Position numbers and translations under genes: made by a program
Assembly: GCA_964016885.1 (NCBI GenBank)
Contig: OZ024740.1
Coordinates: 408,270,001-408,334,000, forward strand
Source: Eledone cirrhosa
Taxonomy: Eukaryota
DNA length: 64,000 nucleotides
Reading direction: 5' to 3'
In this document: positions 25,322 to 39,000 of the stretch, piece by piece
Numbering within the stretch: position 1 is the stretch's first letter
Layout: each line of letters starts with the position of its first letter
The notes under the pieces: generated by a model
Told to the model about the DNA's origin: nothing
Database searches by the model: none
The model's input: the letters and a program-made list of their open reading frames with translations, nothing else

Positions 25322-26090
25322 TTAACCCTTTACCATATTTACAATACTCTATATATACTAGAAGTATATATACTAGAATAGTATATATATATATACTAGT
25401 ATATATACTAGAAGTCAATACTAGTATATATACTAGAAGTCAATGGAAACCGCGGAGTGGGGAGACCCAAGAAAACCTGGGATGAGGTGATAAAAGCCAA
25501 CCTTACCCAATTACACCTCTCAAATGACACACGACCGTGACCTCTGGCGTCACGCAGTAATACAGAGTACCTGACCTCCCATGGGTACAAGCTGAAGCAT
25601 ATAGACAATATGCCCCACACCCTCCCACTGCAAAGTGGTCGTGGAGGTGCCACAGTAAAAAAGCACCCAGCCTACACTGTAAAGTGGACGTGTAGGTGCC
25701 ACGGAAAAAAGCACCCAGCACTCACTGTAAATGAGGTTGGTGTTAGGAAGGGCATCCAGCTGTAGACATGAAGCCAAAATCAGTTCCTGTATGAACAAGG
25801 CATGGTCAGCCGACCAGACACTGCCCACAACAGGACAACCCATCTAACCCATGCTAGCATGGAAGAACGGACGTAAAACGGTGATGATGATGATGATACT
25901 ATTATATTTTCTTGGTAAAGGCTTTATCTCATATAATCTCACATAATATCGAATCTATGAGATTTTGATATTATTTATTTTGAGAACAATACCTTAACAT
26001 CAGTATGTGTGGCTAGTTACAGCCGGTTTGAACAGAAAGAGGTGAGAGAATTCTGGCTGGATACAGCCGGTTTAAATGCTAAATGGTTAA
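25322..26090 (-). mobile_element. piggyBac-type MITE interrupted by an RTE-B 3' fragment
   Basis: TTAACCCTTTACCAT ... AATGCTAAATGGTTAA; MITE sequence resumes at about 25896. Confidence 0.85.
25432..25895 (+). mobile_element. RTE-B 3' fragment
   Basis: ACTAGAAGTCAATGGAAACCGCGG...(GAT)n matches 24248-24662. Confidence 0.93.
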
Positions 26091-26269
26091 AGTGGTCATC
26101 TTTTCTGTATTTACAGTAGTCTTAATCTTTTCACAACTATATTTATAATGAAATACACTACCCATCTGTTTCAGTTTATTTTGAAAATATTAAAGAATTT
26201 GGAGGGATTTAAAAAAAAAAATTAATATTAGCTTCATTAAGTTTGTGTTTGAGAACAGTGGATTGACAG

Positions 26270-26472
26270 AGTCGTTAGAGTGTCTGACAAATGTTTCACA
26301 GTATTTATTTTGTTTTTTTTATGCTCTGTGTTCAAATCCCACTGAGGTCAATTTTTGCCTTTCATCCTTCTGGGATCGATAAAATAAAGTACCAGTCAAG
26401 TACTGAGGTCAATATAATAGACTTTCTCTTACCACCAAATTCCTGGCTTTGTGCCAAAATTAGAAATTATCA
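26270..26472 (+). mobile_element. SINE family 1 variant
   Basis: B box GTTCAAATCCC; core GCCTTTCATCCTTCTGGGATCGATAAAATAAAGTACC. A similar copy lies at 43030-43212. Confidence 0.75.
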
Positions 26473-26949
26473 TTAAGCTAGTGTTTAAAACATAACTTAC
26501 CAAATAATTTTTTTTTATATAAAATTATGATAAAATATTTTAATTTAAATACAAACACCTCAAAAATGAAAGGTTTTCTCACATAAGTGTGAAGTGGCAT
26601 TTAGCTGCTTCAAATGTCATATTGAACTGCTACATACAAGTTCTTTCACTCAATTGACAAATATATTCAAGAATAGTTTAGAAATTAAGAATGAAGAATA
26701 TTGTCCTTGGTTGAGTAGATTTAGGTATGGTATGGAGTGACTGAGAAAAATTGAATAAAATGCTGTGAAGCCTTTTCATGTTGGCATGGGTTGGATGATA
26801 CGTTTTGAGGCAGTGTTTTATAGCTGGATGCCCTTTCTGACACCAACCATTTTAGTTGCTTCTTTAAGATATGTAAAGACACTATATACCTATTTAAAAA
26901 TTGAGATACACCCATTAATGTATATGTAGGTTTTACTAAACCTACATGA

Positions 26950-27290
26950 AGGCGCATGGCTTAGGGGTTAGAGCATTGACTTGCAATCAGAAGGTTGAGA
27001 GTTCGATTCTCAGACCGAGTGATGCGTTGTGTCCTTGAGCAAGACACTTTATTTCACATTGCTCCAGTTTACTCAGCTGTAGAAATGAGTTGCGACGTCA
27101 CTGGTGCCAAACTGTATCAGCCATTGCCTTTCCCTTGGACAACATTGGTGGCATGGAGTGGGGGGGGGGGGGACTGGTATGCATGGGCAACTGCTGGTCT
27201 TCCACAAACAACTTTGCCCGGACTTGTGCCTCGGAGGAAAACTTTCTAGGTGCAAATCTCATGGTCATTCATGATCAAAAGGGGTCTTTA
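26950..27290 (+). mobile_element. tRNA-derived CORE-type SINE (family 2a)
   Basis: tRNA-like head GGCGCATGGCTTAGGGGTTAGAGCA...GTTCGATTC, then CORE-like GTCCTTGAGCAAGACACTTTATTTCAC...CTCAGCTGTAGAAATGAG. Confidence 0.8.
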
Positions 27291-27352
27291 CTCTTACCTT
27301 TTACATGTAAATTAATGTATGTATTCCAGTTTTTCAAATAAAAAAAACCTTT

Positions 27353-28266
27353 ATCATCATCGTCATCATCATCACCGTTTTACGTCCGTTCTTCCATGCT
27401 AGCATGGGTTAGACGGGTTGTCCTGTTGTGGGCAGTGTCTGGTCGGCTGACCATGTCTTGCTCAAACAGGAATTGATTTTGGCTTGGTTTCTACAGCTGG
27501 ATGCCCTTCCTAACAACAACCTCATTTACAGTGAGTGCTGGGTGCTTTTTTCCGTGGCGCCTTCACGTCCACTTTACAGTGTGGGCTGGGTGCTTTTTTG
27601 GCGTGGCACCTCCACGACCACCTTGCAGTGGGAGGGTGTGGGGGAATATTGTCTATATGCTTCAGCTTGTACCCATGGGAGGTCGGGTACTCTGTATTAC
27701 TGCGTGACGCCAGAGGTGCAACTGGGTGAGAGGTGCAACTGGGTAAGGTTGGCCCCTATCACCTCATCCCAGGTCTTCTTGGGTCTCCCCACTCCGCGGC
27801 TTCCATTGACTTCTAGTGCTCTGCATCTTTTTATGCAGCTGTCATCCTTCATACGCATCACATGTCCATACCAATGCATCTGCCTCTCCTGCACACAATA
27901 TTTGATTCGTCTGATGCTCAGTCTCTCTCTCAATTCATTTATGCTTTGCCGTTCGTGTATATTACTATTACACATCCATTGGAGCATGCAGGCTTTGTTT
28001 CTTTCTAATCTACATAAGTCTTCCACCTTCAGCGCCCAGGTCTCACTACCATGCAACATCGCTGTTCGGATACACGCATCATACAGTCTGCCTTTCATTT
28101 TGAGGGAGAAGCCTTTTGCAGCTAGCAGTGGCTGTAGTTCCCTGAACTTCTTCCATCCCGTTCTTACCCTAGTTATTGTACTTTCTGAACACCTACCTCC
28201 ACTGCTAATTCGGTCACCTAGGTAGCAGAAGCTGTCTACTGTTTCTACAGAGCCCTGCCAGAGATT
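27353..28266 (-). mobile_element. RTE-B 3' fragment
   Basis: ORF 27697-28098; (CAT)n at 27353. Confidence 0.95.
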
Positions 28267-28842
28267 ATATATAACACTAATGTAGAGCCTAAGTCAGGAT
28301 GAAGAAAATACGACTGAATTAGTAAACCAATCAGAAGATATAGTGTCACTAAGTTATGTGATGGAAATAATTGGCTATTTCGTTATCTTTACACTAAAAG
28401 GTATAATCTCACACCTTTTACATAAGCATGAGATGAATTTCATATTGATTTTCTTTTTCATTGCACAAAATTACATTTGTAACACAAGATTACTTATTAT
28501 TCAAATTTTATCTCAGTAGAAAATATATAGCAAAGTTCATATATAGTTTAATACAATATCTTGCCAAACGAACTGTATAATTTATCCATGATTAATGCAC
28601 ATTTTCATGAATGCCTTTTATTAGTGTCCTCACTGAAATAGATGGATATTGTATTTCTGCATTTTATCAATATACTTATCTACTTTTGCAAGTTATTGAA
28701 TAACTAGCTTTGATATAAAATACTTTATTTCAGGTGCCAAATATTCCTTCTAACATAATTCAGATAACATTGACAATAGATTTCCTTTGAAGAAAATGAA
28801 AATATCTCATCCAATTCACTGGATTCATTTTGCATGCTCTGC

Positions 28843-28869
28843 TCACACACACACACACACACACATATT

Positions 28870-28949
<80 letters not shown>

Positions 28950-28997
28950 AGGAAAACCTAATTCTAACAAATCCTCCTCCACTTCCTACTACTGCTG

Positions 28998-29040
<43 letters not shown>

Positions 29041-29060
29041 CTCCACCACTACCACCATCT
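28843..29060. repeat. (CA)n and (CTA)n microsatellites
   Basis: Direct inspection. Confidence 0.95.
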
Positions 29061-29486
29061 ACTACTCATTTTTAAAAACAATTTGATGGAGAAAAGAGGG
29101 CATTGCCCATAGTCTGTCTCAGACTGAAGAAAACAATGTAGTTGATGTTGTGCCTGAATTACTTTTTGTGATGTCTGTTGGGAAAATATTGGCTGACATG
29201 GAGTTGAAGATGGTATCAGTTATGAGGAGGAAGGATAAGAAGTTTTGTGTGAGACACAATAGAGATGATGACATAATGAGAGGTAGGGAGGATTCAGTGG
29301 GTTTCGGTGGAGATAATACACAGCTGTTAATTCAAAGGTGACTTGTTGGTTCACAGTATGATAATTATTTAATTTCCATTTAATTAAGAGCACATTGCAT
29401 TTCTTCAAATTGTTTTTCTCTTTGTGAAAAAAAAAACCCCCCACAGAGTGTATGAGATGTATGTCAAAAGTAAAATACTACATAGT

Positions 29487-29770
29487 CAAATGGTTAAGAA
29501 GTTCACTTCACAATCATTAGGTCCCAGGTTCAATCCCACTGCATGATATTTTGGGCAAGTGTCATTAATATAGCCTCAAGTCAAGCCATGCTTTGTAATG
29601 AAAACTTTTTGGTGGCCCGTTAGATGGAGTCACCTGTAATTTAAAGGGCCAGCCTTGTCACACACTGTGTCACACTGAATCTCTCTGATAATTATGTCAG
29701 TGGAATGCTCAGCCATTTTCCTGTTAATTTCATGATTGAACAAATGGAACACTCATCATTGGAACAGACA
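29487..29770 (+). mobile_element. Diverged tRNA/CORE-type SINE
   Basis: TGGTTAAGAAG...GGTTCAATCCC...TTGGGCAAGTGTC. Confidence 0.6.
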
Positions 29771-30631
29771 TCAATTCCACTCCACTATATGGTTATGAAA
29801 TGTGGATGTTAAGCATGGAATATTAGCAGCAGAGAAATAAACTGAGTTTTCTCTGTAGAATATGAAATGCTACTTTATATTGAAAAATTGAGTACAAATT
29901 CATGAAGAATGTGACTCAGGAATAAAAAGTATATTACTGATGTGTGTGAGATGTAATGTTGATATATAATGTATGTTGAGGGAAAATGTTATGTTGGGAT
30001 ATATCTATTTGATGTAGATGCAGAAATTGAAGTCCTAAGAAAGAAAAAGAAAAGAAATTGCAGACACACTGTTGTCAATCTGTCCAAGCCTTGTTGTCAA
30101 TAAGGATACACTGTATTTACCTAATTTCTTAATTAGATTAAGCTTTTCATAGCCATATTACTAATGAAATGTATTGCATTTTGATTAATTTGGAAAATAA
30201 CAAAAAAGTAACTTTGTAAAATTACTAATTTTTTTTTTAGTTTTAAACATAATAGGCACAGGCTTGGTTAAACATTTTGAGTTGAGTTCCGCTGCATGGA
30301 ACTTAAATCAAGTGTATAGCCATGGGTTGATCAATGCCTTGTGTATGGAATTTGGTAGATAGAAAGTACAGAAATCTATTGTGTGTGTGTGTCTATGTTT
30401 ACGTTTGTTTCTGTGTCTGTGTTTATGACTCATAGCTTAGCTGTTTTAACAGTTTAACATAAAAACGATCCGTAAAATAACAACCAAATTTGAAAAAATA
30501 TGTACTGGGGTTGATATAAATGACTAAATCAATGTGGTGCCCCAGCATGACCACCATCAAATGACTGAAACCAGTAAAAGACTATAAGGTGATTAGAATA
30601 TAACTAAACAAATGGTTCCTTAGAAAATTTA

Positions 30632-30822
30632 TAATTGTTTCTACTTTTGGCACTAGGCCAGCAAATACCCAGTGCATTACTGGTACTTTATTTTATCGAC
30701 CCCATAAGGATGAAAGGCAAAGTTAACTTTGGCGGGATTTGAACTCAGAATGGAAAGAGCCGTAACTCTATGCATCAAAGCATGGCGTCCGGCCCTCTAC
30801 CGATACTGCCAATCCACCGCCT
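30632..30822 (-). mobile_element. SINE family 1
   Basis: Full-length reverse copy; AAATTTATAAT on both sides. Confidence 0.9.
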
Positions 30823-30947
30823 TATAAATTTATAATGAAAGATTTTAATTTAAATATGGTTTCTATTCAAATACATGCAGACATAGCTGTGCTGTTACAA
30901 TTCTGTTCCATCACATGACATGTTGGACAAGTTTCTTAAACTATATG

Positions 30948-31292
30948 GAGGCACATGGCTTAGTGGTTAGAGCATTGGCCTTGCAATCGAAAGGTTGTGA
31001 GTTCAATTCTCAGACCGGGTGACGTGTTGTTTTCTTGAGCAAGACACTTTATTTCACGTTGCTCCAGTTTACTCAGCTGTAGAAATGAGATGATAGGGAC
31101 TGGGGTCCCTATCATTCCACTGCAAAGTGGTCGTGGAGGTGCCACGGCAAAAAAGCACCCAGCACTCACTGTAAATGAGGTTGGTGTTAGGAAGGGCATC
31201 CAGCTGTAGAAATCAAGCCAGCATCAGTTCCTGTCCCACCCTTGCAAGCAGGGAAAAAGCGGACGTAAAATGAAATGATGATGAATGATGAT
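30948..31292 (+). mobile_element. SINE family 2b: tRNA head + CORE + RTE-B-derived 3' tail
   Basis: Head and core as 26950; 31117-31230 matches the RTE-B 3' UTR (GGTCGTGGAGGTGCCACGGCAAAAAAGCACCCAGCACTCACTGTAAATGAGG...). Confidence 0.88.
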
Positions 31293-32052
31293 AGTTTGAG
31301 GCTTGTGAGTGCTGTCTTAATGTGTTGTGGGTGAATTTAATTGATGAAAACTGATAGAAGCCTATCATATGTGTGTGTGTCTGTGCTTCTGTGTGTGTAT
31401 GTGTCTGTGTGTCTGTCTGTGTTTGTGTGTCTGTATGTGTGTGGTTGTGTCTGTCTGTGTGTGTGTCAGTGTGTATGTGTGTCTGTGAGTTTCTTTGACT
31501 TGCTCGTTTCTCTTCATAATTGACATCGCTAGCAAAGGTGATTATATTTTTTACATTCGACATAAGCAGAAGTCATGCAAATGTCTGCACTTTACTTTGA
31601 AAAATAAGCGAGGATTGATGTCAGGAAGCTCATCTGATCATAGAATTCTTCCTAAAAATGTCTCGTCCAACCTACGCTAACATTGGATTTAAAACTGATC
31701 ATGATAATGATGATTTTAAATTGAAGTTGCATATCATAGAAACAGGAGCGGTCTCATGATGTTTGGTATTAAACAGCTTATATCACTTTGTATTTTATAA
31801 GATATGTGTTATTTCACTGCTTTTATGATTTAAAAAAATCTGAATATGGTTATTCTACCTGGCAGATCCTGTATATACATAGTAGCTACAAGATCACTAG
31901 TTTATCCATCTCATTATAACACCTTTCTTTTACATTCCATTGACATATTTTAAGATATTTTGCATTGATTTCTTTATATGCATCTCAGTATGTGTGTGTA
32001 TGTGCATCTATATCTATATATATATTTATGAATATATATATATATATATATA

Positions 32053-34568
32053 CTAGCAGAAGTACCCGGCGTTGCCCGGGTGTAAGTCGACCTTTGGTCT
32101 GTTAGAATGTGTGAAAGTTACTTCCCGCGCATCACAGGTTCAAAACTTCAAACTTCAATGAAAAAAAATAGGTTAGTAGACACAGGTGTGTAATTTATTA
32201 ATTGTAGTTACACAGTGTATCGTTGAAATTGTTCTCTGCACGACTGACGGAAGTCAAAATCGCTTGATATTGAATGTTCAGTTAATTTAAAGCAGGGTGA
32301 AAATGTCGATTACTTTCAGGGTTTTTTTTTTTACAATTTTTGCGCTCACATGTGCAGAAGAAGAATTAAAAGGGCCTTTATCTTAACCGCGGCATAATGG
32401 CGAGTCTTTTGTGACAGTTTTCAAGAATATAGGACGTTCCTGTAAAAAGCTTTGCCATGTGTAACTTTGCCTTGTTTTTTTGCACAAAGTCGAGCCCCGC
32501 TTCAGTTTTATTGATTTTTTACATCAATGCGTGATCTCTGAAGTAGATTTGAGTAGCTAAAAACCTGTCCCGGTAAATTTGCTATAGGTGAAAAAAAGTT
32601 GATCAAAATTGTATCTAGGGTTATTGCCCTTTGCCACAACCTCAAGCCTCGTCTGACGGGATGTTGGTGATTCCTCCGTCAGCGCTTGTTGGCGACGAAG
32701 GCAAACATCAGCAAGCCTTGTCGTACGTGATGTTGGTGACTCAACCAGCCGGGAAAGACGTCTATCAGCGAGTCGAGATTCGCGCTCAGCAGGTGTTTCC
32801 TAGAGAAAATTAATTAATTCTACTGATTAGCTAAGCCAATGGCAGTGTCAATAGTAAATGAGAAAAGTCTAACATGAACAAAAGGGAATCAAGGTAAGAC
32901 AATAAATTTAATATAACTACGATTAGAATGTTGTAGTTGCTTAAAAGTGGTGACAGTTAGGATAAACGCAGTACTTGCTAACATTAAGGGAGAATATTGC
33001 ATAAAGGATTAATCAATTGTGAATGAACTCATACCTGAGAACGCCTAATTCGTTGTCTCAAAGCAATAGCTGTACCTTTTTTGGAGGTAGGTCTTGAACG
33101 TTTCCGTGTGGGCATAACGACATGTAACGAAGCTGTTAGGTTAGAGAGAGGTGATTAAATACAGAGAGAGATGACACCAGATTCGTTAGCATGGTTACTG
33201 GTGAATGGGAAGGTTTGGAAATATGATTACAATAACTTACCGAATTTTCCCGTCTATAAATTGCACTTAAAATAATTAAATTTAATAAAAAAACAGCTCT
33301 GCGCTTTATACTCCGGTGAGCCTTATGTATAAATAATACAATGGTAATCAATCACGGCTCTAACAGAAGTAATAGATCTAGACTAAAAGTAAAGAAGATA
33401 GCATTTTCTGGTTGGCCTTACACGCCGTTGCGCGGACCTGATTTTAAATGATACGCCTTATATCCTGGTGAGCCTTATAGAGCGGAAAATATCTATTGGA
33501 AAAGAATACGAATTCATGACCAAGGTGTGACAAAATAGGCATCTATACAGCGCCTGAAACAAACTTGTCCAAAACCCTAGGATTTTTCTCGTTAAGTATC
33601 CACCCAAAAGGAACTGTTTTTTAGTTACAAAAAATAACCAAAGTGTATAGTAGCTATATTTCTGACATATCATGCCAAAAAGAACAATATATTCAAAAAA
33701 TGTTCTAAAGTACATTCAATCTCTCTTTTTGACCGATATCTTAATAAGCAAGTTATCGATTTTTTATTGGCTGTCAGTGTCTATCTGCATGCAGGTGTGC
33801 ACGTGTGCGCAATTAATTGCAAATACGCTCATAACATTTAGTCGTAAGCAGAACAAAAAATGCCATTAGAGGTGGGCTAATAATGAAGACATAAACCCTG
33901 GTGAACTTACGTTTAAACACCCGAAAAGTTATTCACTTCCTGTGCAAAAGACTGTATTATAAATTAAGTAATTTTTTAGAATCTTTTGTTTAAAAAAGGA
34001 AAACATTGGTACAACGTAAATTTTTTTACTTGTATTGTATGTGTACAACACAACTTGGTCAACATATTATTTAGTAATTTTTTTTTCAAAAAGCATGATT
34101 ATTTAAGACTGTTTGAAAATTTACTCACAGCTTTTAGGTTCACAAAAGACACCATTAAATTTGGTTCCCTTTTCAGATAGGGATAATACTGTATTTCCAC
34201 TTGAATAAGGTGGAATATGAAAAGAGAAACTCTTTAATGGTCGGTCGTTTACTGAGACAGCTGGGAAGACATGCAGCTGGCCGTCCAATCAATAACGCAC
34301 GTCCTTATATGGGCATATGAAATTTATTTTTATTGCGCCAGATGTAAACTAAGAGTTCTTGTGTTCGAATTCACATAAAATTTCATTGGAATCGAAAAAC
34401 ATTCTGTCATAGGGCCCGATTATCGATTTTTCGAAAATTTCAAGTAGCCTATTCCACTCTACGCGTTGAGTTTTATATATGTGTGAGGTTTCATGAAAAT
34501 TGGATGAACGGTGTAGCATGCAAGTTCAGTACACTAAACAATGTCCATCTTCCCTTTATATATATAAA
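32053..34568 (-). mobile_element. Non-autonomous Helitron (~2.5 kb)
   Basis: Minus-strand 3' end CCCGGGCAACGCCGGG hairpin + TACTTCTGCTAG|T. Putative 5' end TTTATATATATAAAG is one mismatch from TCTATATATATAAAG. Interior is CpG-richer than the flanks; no Rep/helicase ORF. Confidence 0.75.
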
Positions 34569-35215
34569 TATATGCATATACTTAGATACATGTATATTTG
34601 CATGTAACCTTGCATGCACTCCACCTGCTGATTCTTTCTTTGCAAGTAGCTCAAATTAAACTTTTAACATATTCCTTTAACCAAATTCAGCTTTCACATC
34701 TATGATATTTGGATGGAAATCAATATATTCAACATTAACAGCCTTCCATAAAGTTTTACATTCTCAAAAGTATGTTTTTATTCTGTTTTATTTATATATT
34801 TCAGCATTAATACATTATATTTCAAAACTGTTTTTTTTTTATTTGTTTTCTTTTTTATTTGTTTTCTTTTTTATTTTGGAAACTATCTGTAATATACTAT
34901 AAGGAACGCATCCGTCTTTGGTAAAAATGTTGTATTATCAAATGTTTATTTGGTTTATCAACTTCGAGATAGCCAAATTTAATTTGATTTTAAGTCTTTG
35001 AAAATAATCTTTAATATGCATTACAGCAAGATAAATGGATAGTTAATAAATGTTGAGAAATGTATGAATAAGGTTAATAAAGATGTCTATGGTAATATAT
35101 AGGTACATTGATTTGTTTAAAGAACATTCGGCTGCAAGCTAAAGATCATTGGCTGGTGATATCTAATGGCGACCAACTAATAGGAAAATTTGTTAATAGT
35201 AATAATGTTTAAATA

Positions 35216-35858
35216 TAATTGTTTCTACTTTTGGCACAAGACCAGCAATTATCCCAGTACATTACTGGTACTTTATTTTTATTGACCCCGTAAGGATGAA
35301 AGGCAAAGTTAACCTCGGCAGGAAATAACCTGCTAGAAATAACAACTAAATCTCCTTCAAATCACCCCATAACATCAAAAAAGTAGGAAGACTATTTGTA
35401 GTCCCAGATGCACTTTGATTAAAAATAAAGGATGGGGGATCGTAGCTGGAACATCTTCAATCGTAGGTTTTCTTGATCAGGACTGATTTCGACTAGATAT
35501 ATTTACAACAATAAATCACACAAGAAGCAACCAACCAAGCGCGACAATATAGTATATTACAATGTTGTAGTTGTATTGACAATATTGCACACAACTCTAA
35601 CACAAATGTGCACCTGGTGGCTTGGTGAACAGCTTGCTAGAAACTACTGAAAATACATAGTAATATTATTTGGTTTGGCAGTATCGATAGAGGGTCGGTC
35701 AACAGGCTTTGCAGCACAGAGTTACGCCCCTTTCTGATCTGAGTTCAAATCCTACGGAGGTTAACTTTGCCTTTCATCCTTACTGGGTCGATAAAATAAA
35801 GTACCAGTAATGCACTGGGATAATTGCTCGCCTTGTGCCAAAAGTAGAAACAATTATT
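35216..35858. mobile_element. Two oppositely oriented SINE-1 copies (35216-35320 minus; 35672-35858 plus) around a family-3 piece
   Basis: Core motif seen on both strands. Confidence 0.8.
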
Positions 35859-36819
35859 AGATTTGACATTGGCACCAAGCCAGGAGTTTGTAGGGAATTA
35901 GTAAAGCTACTTAAATTAACTCTAGTACTTCATTGGTACTTATCAATCAGCACGTGAAGTATGAAAGATAAAAAACATCTCTGGTGAGATTTGAACTCAG
36001 GAATTAGAGACATAACTTGATACTACAAGATAGTTTGCATGGTGCTTCATCATTTCTTCCATCCACTGATCTTCAGCAATTTTCTCTCTTTCTAACCTAG
36101 TCACAAGACCACAAATAATAATCAGTAATATAATAAAAGCCATGTGTATTTGTCCATAACGCACTAGAGATAACTGAGAAAGGAAGGGGTGATGACAAAC
36201 TCCAGAAAACAGCGTCTGTGTGTGTATATGTATAGTGAATTGGCTACACACATTGACTGTTATGATTATATGAGTGTTTGTGTGTGTGTATATATGTGTG
36301 TATCTATGTGATGACTGAGGAAAGAGGGAGCATAGAAGTCCAGCGTTCTAAGATTCTTCACAGCTGTGTGTTTGTGTGTTTGTATCACTTATGTGAGTGA
36401 GTGCAAAAGAACCAACCAACAAACATCTCTTTTTTATATTATATTACAATTAGCCATCATTTTTGATGGCACGGGGCCAGCTAATAATTATAATAATGAT
36501 CAGCAGAATGAATTATTGATATAAGAATAGGGAAGAATTGGTTGCGATGTTCATACATTTAAAAAGATATTTATGAAATTTCTCCGGTTATAATGATACA
36601 TACCTATACAAACAACCACATACATATAGATGTATGCATCTGTTTATGAATTTTTGTGTTGATGCTTATCAAGTTTTGATTCAACTGAGAAATATAAAAA
36701 AGCTACTAGTAAAATTGGAAATGTTTCAAGAACATAAATTTAGTTTGTACACGTTATTTTCTTTCTCTCTACATTTATTTCATTAGTGTCTTCTATTATT
36801 GAGTTATTGTTAAATAATT

Positions 36820-37105
36820 TCTATTGGGTATATCTCTCAAGTTGGATACCACCCATTGTTGGGTATCATCTGATATAAGATATCTTCTGATATTAAGTAC
36901 CTTCACTTGTTAGTTATCTTCTGGGTATATATTCTGGTGTGATATACCTTCTGATAGTAGGTACCTGCTGTAATGTATCCTCTCGTAATGTACACCTATT
37001 GTTTTGTATATCTTCTGATGATATCTACCTTCTATTGTTGGCTGTATCTTCTGATGTTGGGTGTATCTTCTTTTGATATCACATACTTCCTTCTATTATT
37101 GGGTA
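36820..37105. repeat. Degenerate ~20-23-bp minisatellite
   Basis: Recurrent TATCTTCTGAT / TACCTTCTATTGTTGGG units. Confidence 0.6.
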
Positions 37106-37291
37106 TAGTCCAAATATATGAGTTCAAATCTCACCAAAGCTGGTTTTTATCTTTCATCCTTCAAGTGCTGATAGATAGGTACCAATGAAGTACTAGAGTT
37201 AATTCAATCAGTTTTACTCATTCCCTACAAACTCCAGGCCTTGTACCAATGATGTGATATAATTTCTGGTATCGGATACCTTCTATTATTT

Positions 37292-37472
37292 GGGCGGTGG
37301 ATTGGCAGTATCAGTAGAGCACTGGACACCCCGCTTTGCAGCATAGAGTTACGGCCCTTTGCGTTCTGAGTTCAAATCTCACTGAGGTTAGCTTTGCCTT
37401 TCATACTCACGGGGGTCAATAAAATACTGGGGTAATTGCTGGCCTTGTGCCAAAAGTAGACACAATTGTTAT
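37292..37472 (+). mobile_element. SINE family 1
   Basis: GGCGGTGGATTGGCAGTATC...GAGTTCAAATC...AGACACAATT. Confidence 0.88.
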
Positions 37473-38390
37473 ATTTTACAAAAAAGTGTTGCCGATGGGA
37501 GAGAGTTTCCTGATGAATCTGAGAATTTTAGTGAATAGTTATGATTCTTTTATAAAGTGAACGAATTAAGACTTTTGTTAGATTTTTTTTAGTTTGTTGA
37601 GTATTTTACAATGATAACGAGTAGGTAATGAGAGTAGAGTTGAAGTAGAACTTTCAGAGAATATTTCATAGTTTACATCAATTCCATCTGCATTGCATCA
37701 GTATTGACAGAATCTCATACTCCAATGGAAGAGATAATGGTTCTAGTCCCTATCATATGTGCAATATTGTGCCCATGGTCGAGTATATGATAACTCTAGT
37801 TGACTGAGAGCATCTATCTTTAAATAAGATAGTGACATCAGTCATATCACTTAAGAATATGATGACCCTGTCCTACATGAGTCCCAGATTCAGCTGGCTC
37901 CAGCTGACCACCTGTAATATCACCCTGTCCAGTGTTACAGATTCTCCTTCAACAAAAATCCTGTGTTGTACCTTATGGGGAGAATCTGCCTCTTTAGTCT
38001 TGGTTGGCAACCCTTCTAGTTTTTAGAGATCCTGAATTGATTTAGGGTAAATAGTTTTACTCATTATCGATCATTGTACCTCTTCCATGTCCTTTTGATT
38101 GGTATTGTTGCCTTAACTATTATTTCCTATATAGAGTGTTGAAATACTTCTCCCTTTCCTTCGTAACTCCCAAGGAGTTAAATGATTTCTTGGGCCAGCT
38201 ATATTGCTAGGTTATTCTTACCTTGCAGGAAATGACTTCCAATAAATAAAAAAAGCTATCTGTTAACAATTAGATCAATATATTTTTAACCAGTTCTTAA
38301 TTTAGTTATCTTGTAATAGTGACTTCACATTCTGCAAGGGTCTCATTAAATTTTTTATATTTTACCTCCGTAACTATATGTGTTTACACC

Positions 38391-38652
38391 TTGATTTCTA
38401 CAGTTGGATGCCCTTCCTAACACCAACCTCATTTTACAGTGAGTGCTGGGTGCTTTTTTGCCATGGCACCTCCACGACCATTTTTGCAGTGGAATGATAT
38501 GGACCCCAGTCCCTATCATCTCATTTCTACAGCTGAGTAAATGTGAAATAAAGTGTCTTGCTCAAGGAAACAACACATCACCCAGTCTGAGAATTGAACT
38601 CACAACCTTTCGATTGGAAGGCCAATGCTCTAACCACTAAGCCATGTGCCTC
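38391..38652 (-). mobile_element. SINE family 2b (3'-truncated)
   Basis: Reverse complement of 30948-31215. Confidence 0.88.
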
Positions 38653-38780
38653 CATATATATATATATATATGTATGTATGTACATACACATATATAAATA
38701 TAAATATACACACACACCATCATCACCGTTCAACATCCATTTTCCATGCTAGCATGGGTTATATATATATATATATATAT

Positions 38781-39000
38781 ATTATTAGAAATGAAAGCTA
38801 TCACCGTATTTTGACTAAAGAAATTAAAGAAATTATTTAGCCTGATAGTGGTGTTAAGAACCCTCGGAGAAATGGAAAAAGATGAGTATTGACGTACATG
38901 TACATCAATACTCATCTTTTTCCATTTCTCCACTATTAGGCTAAATAATTTCTTTAATTTCTTTAGTCAAAATACGGCGATAGCTTATATTTCTAATAAT
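38781..39000. repeat. ~220-bp near-perfect inverted repeat between (TA)n tracts
   Basis: ATTATTAGAAAT...GATGAGTATTGA cgtacatgtaca TCAATACTCATC...ATTTCTAATAAT; about 17 extra bp in the left arm. Confidence 0.92.

Noticed and set aside
37620-38260. Possible decayed retroelement ORF on the minus strand
   Set aside because: No diagnostic motif recognisable by eye; several stops.
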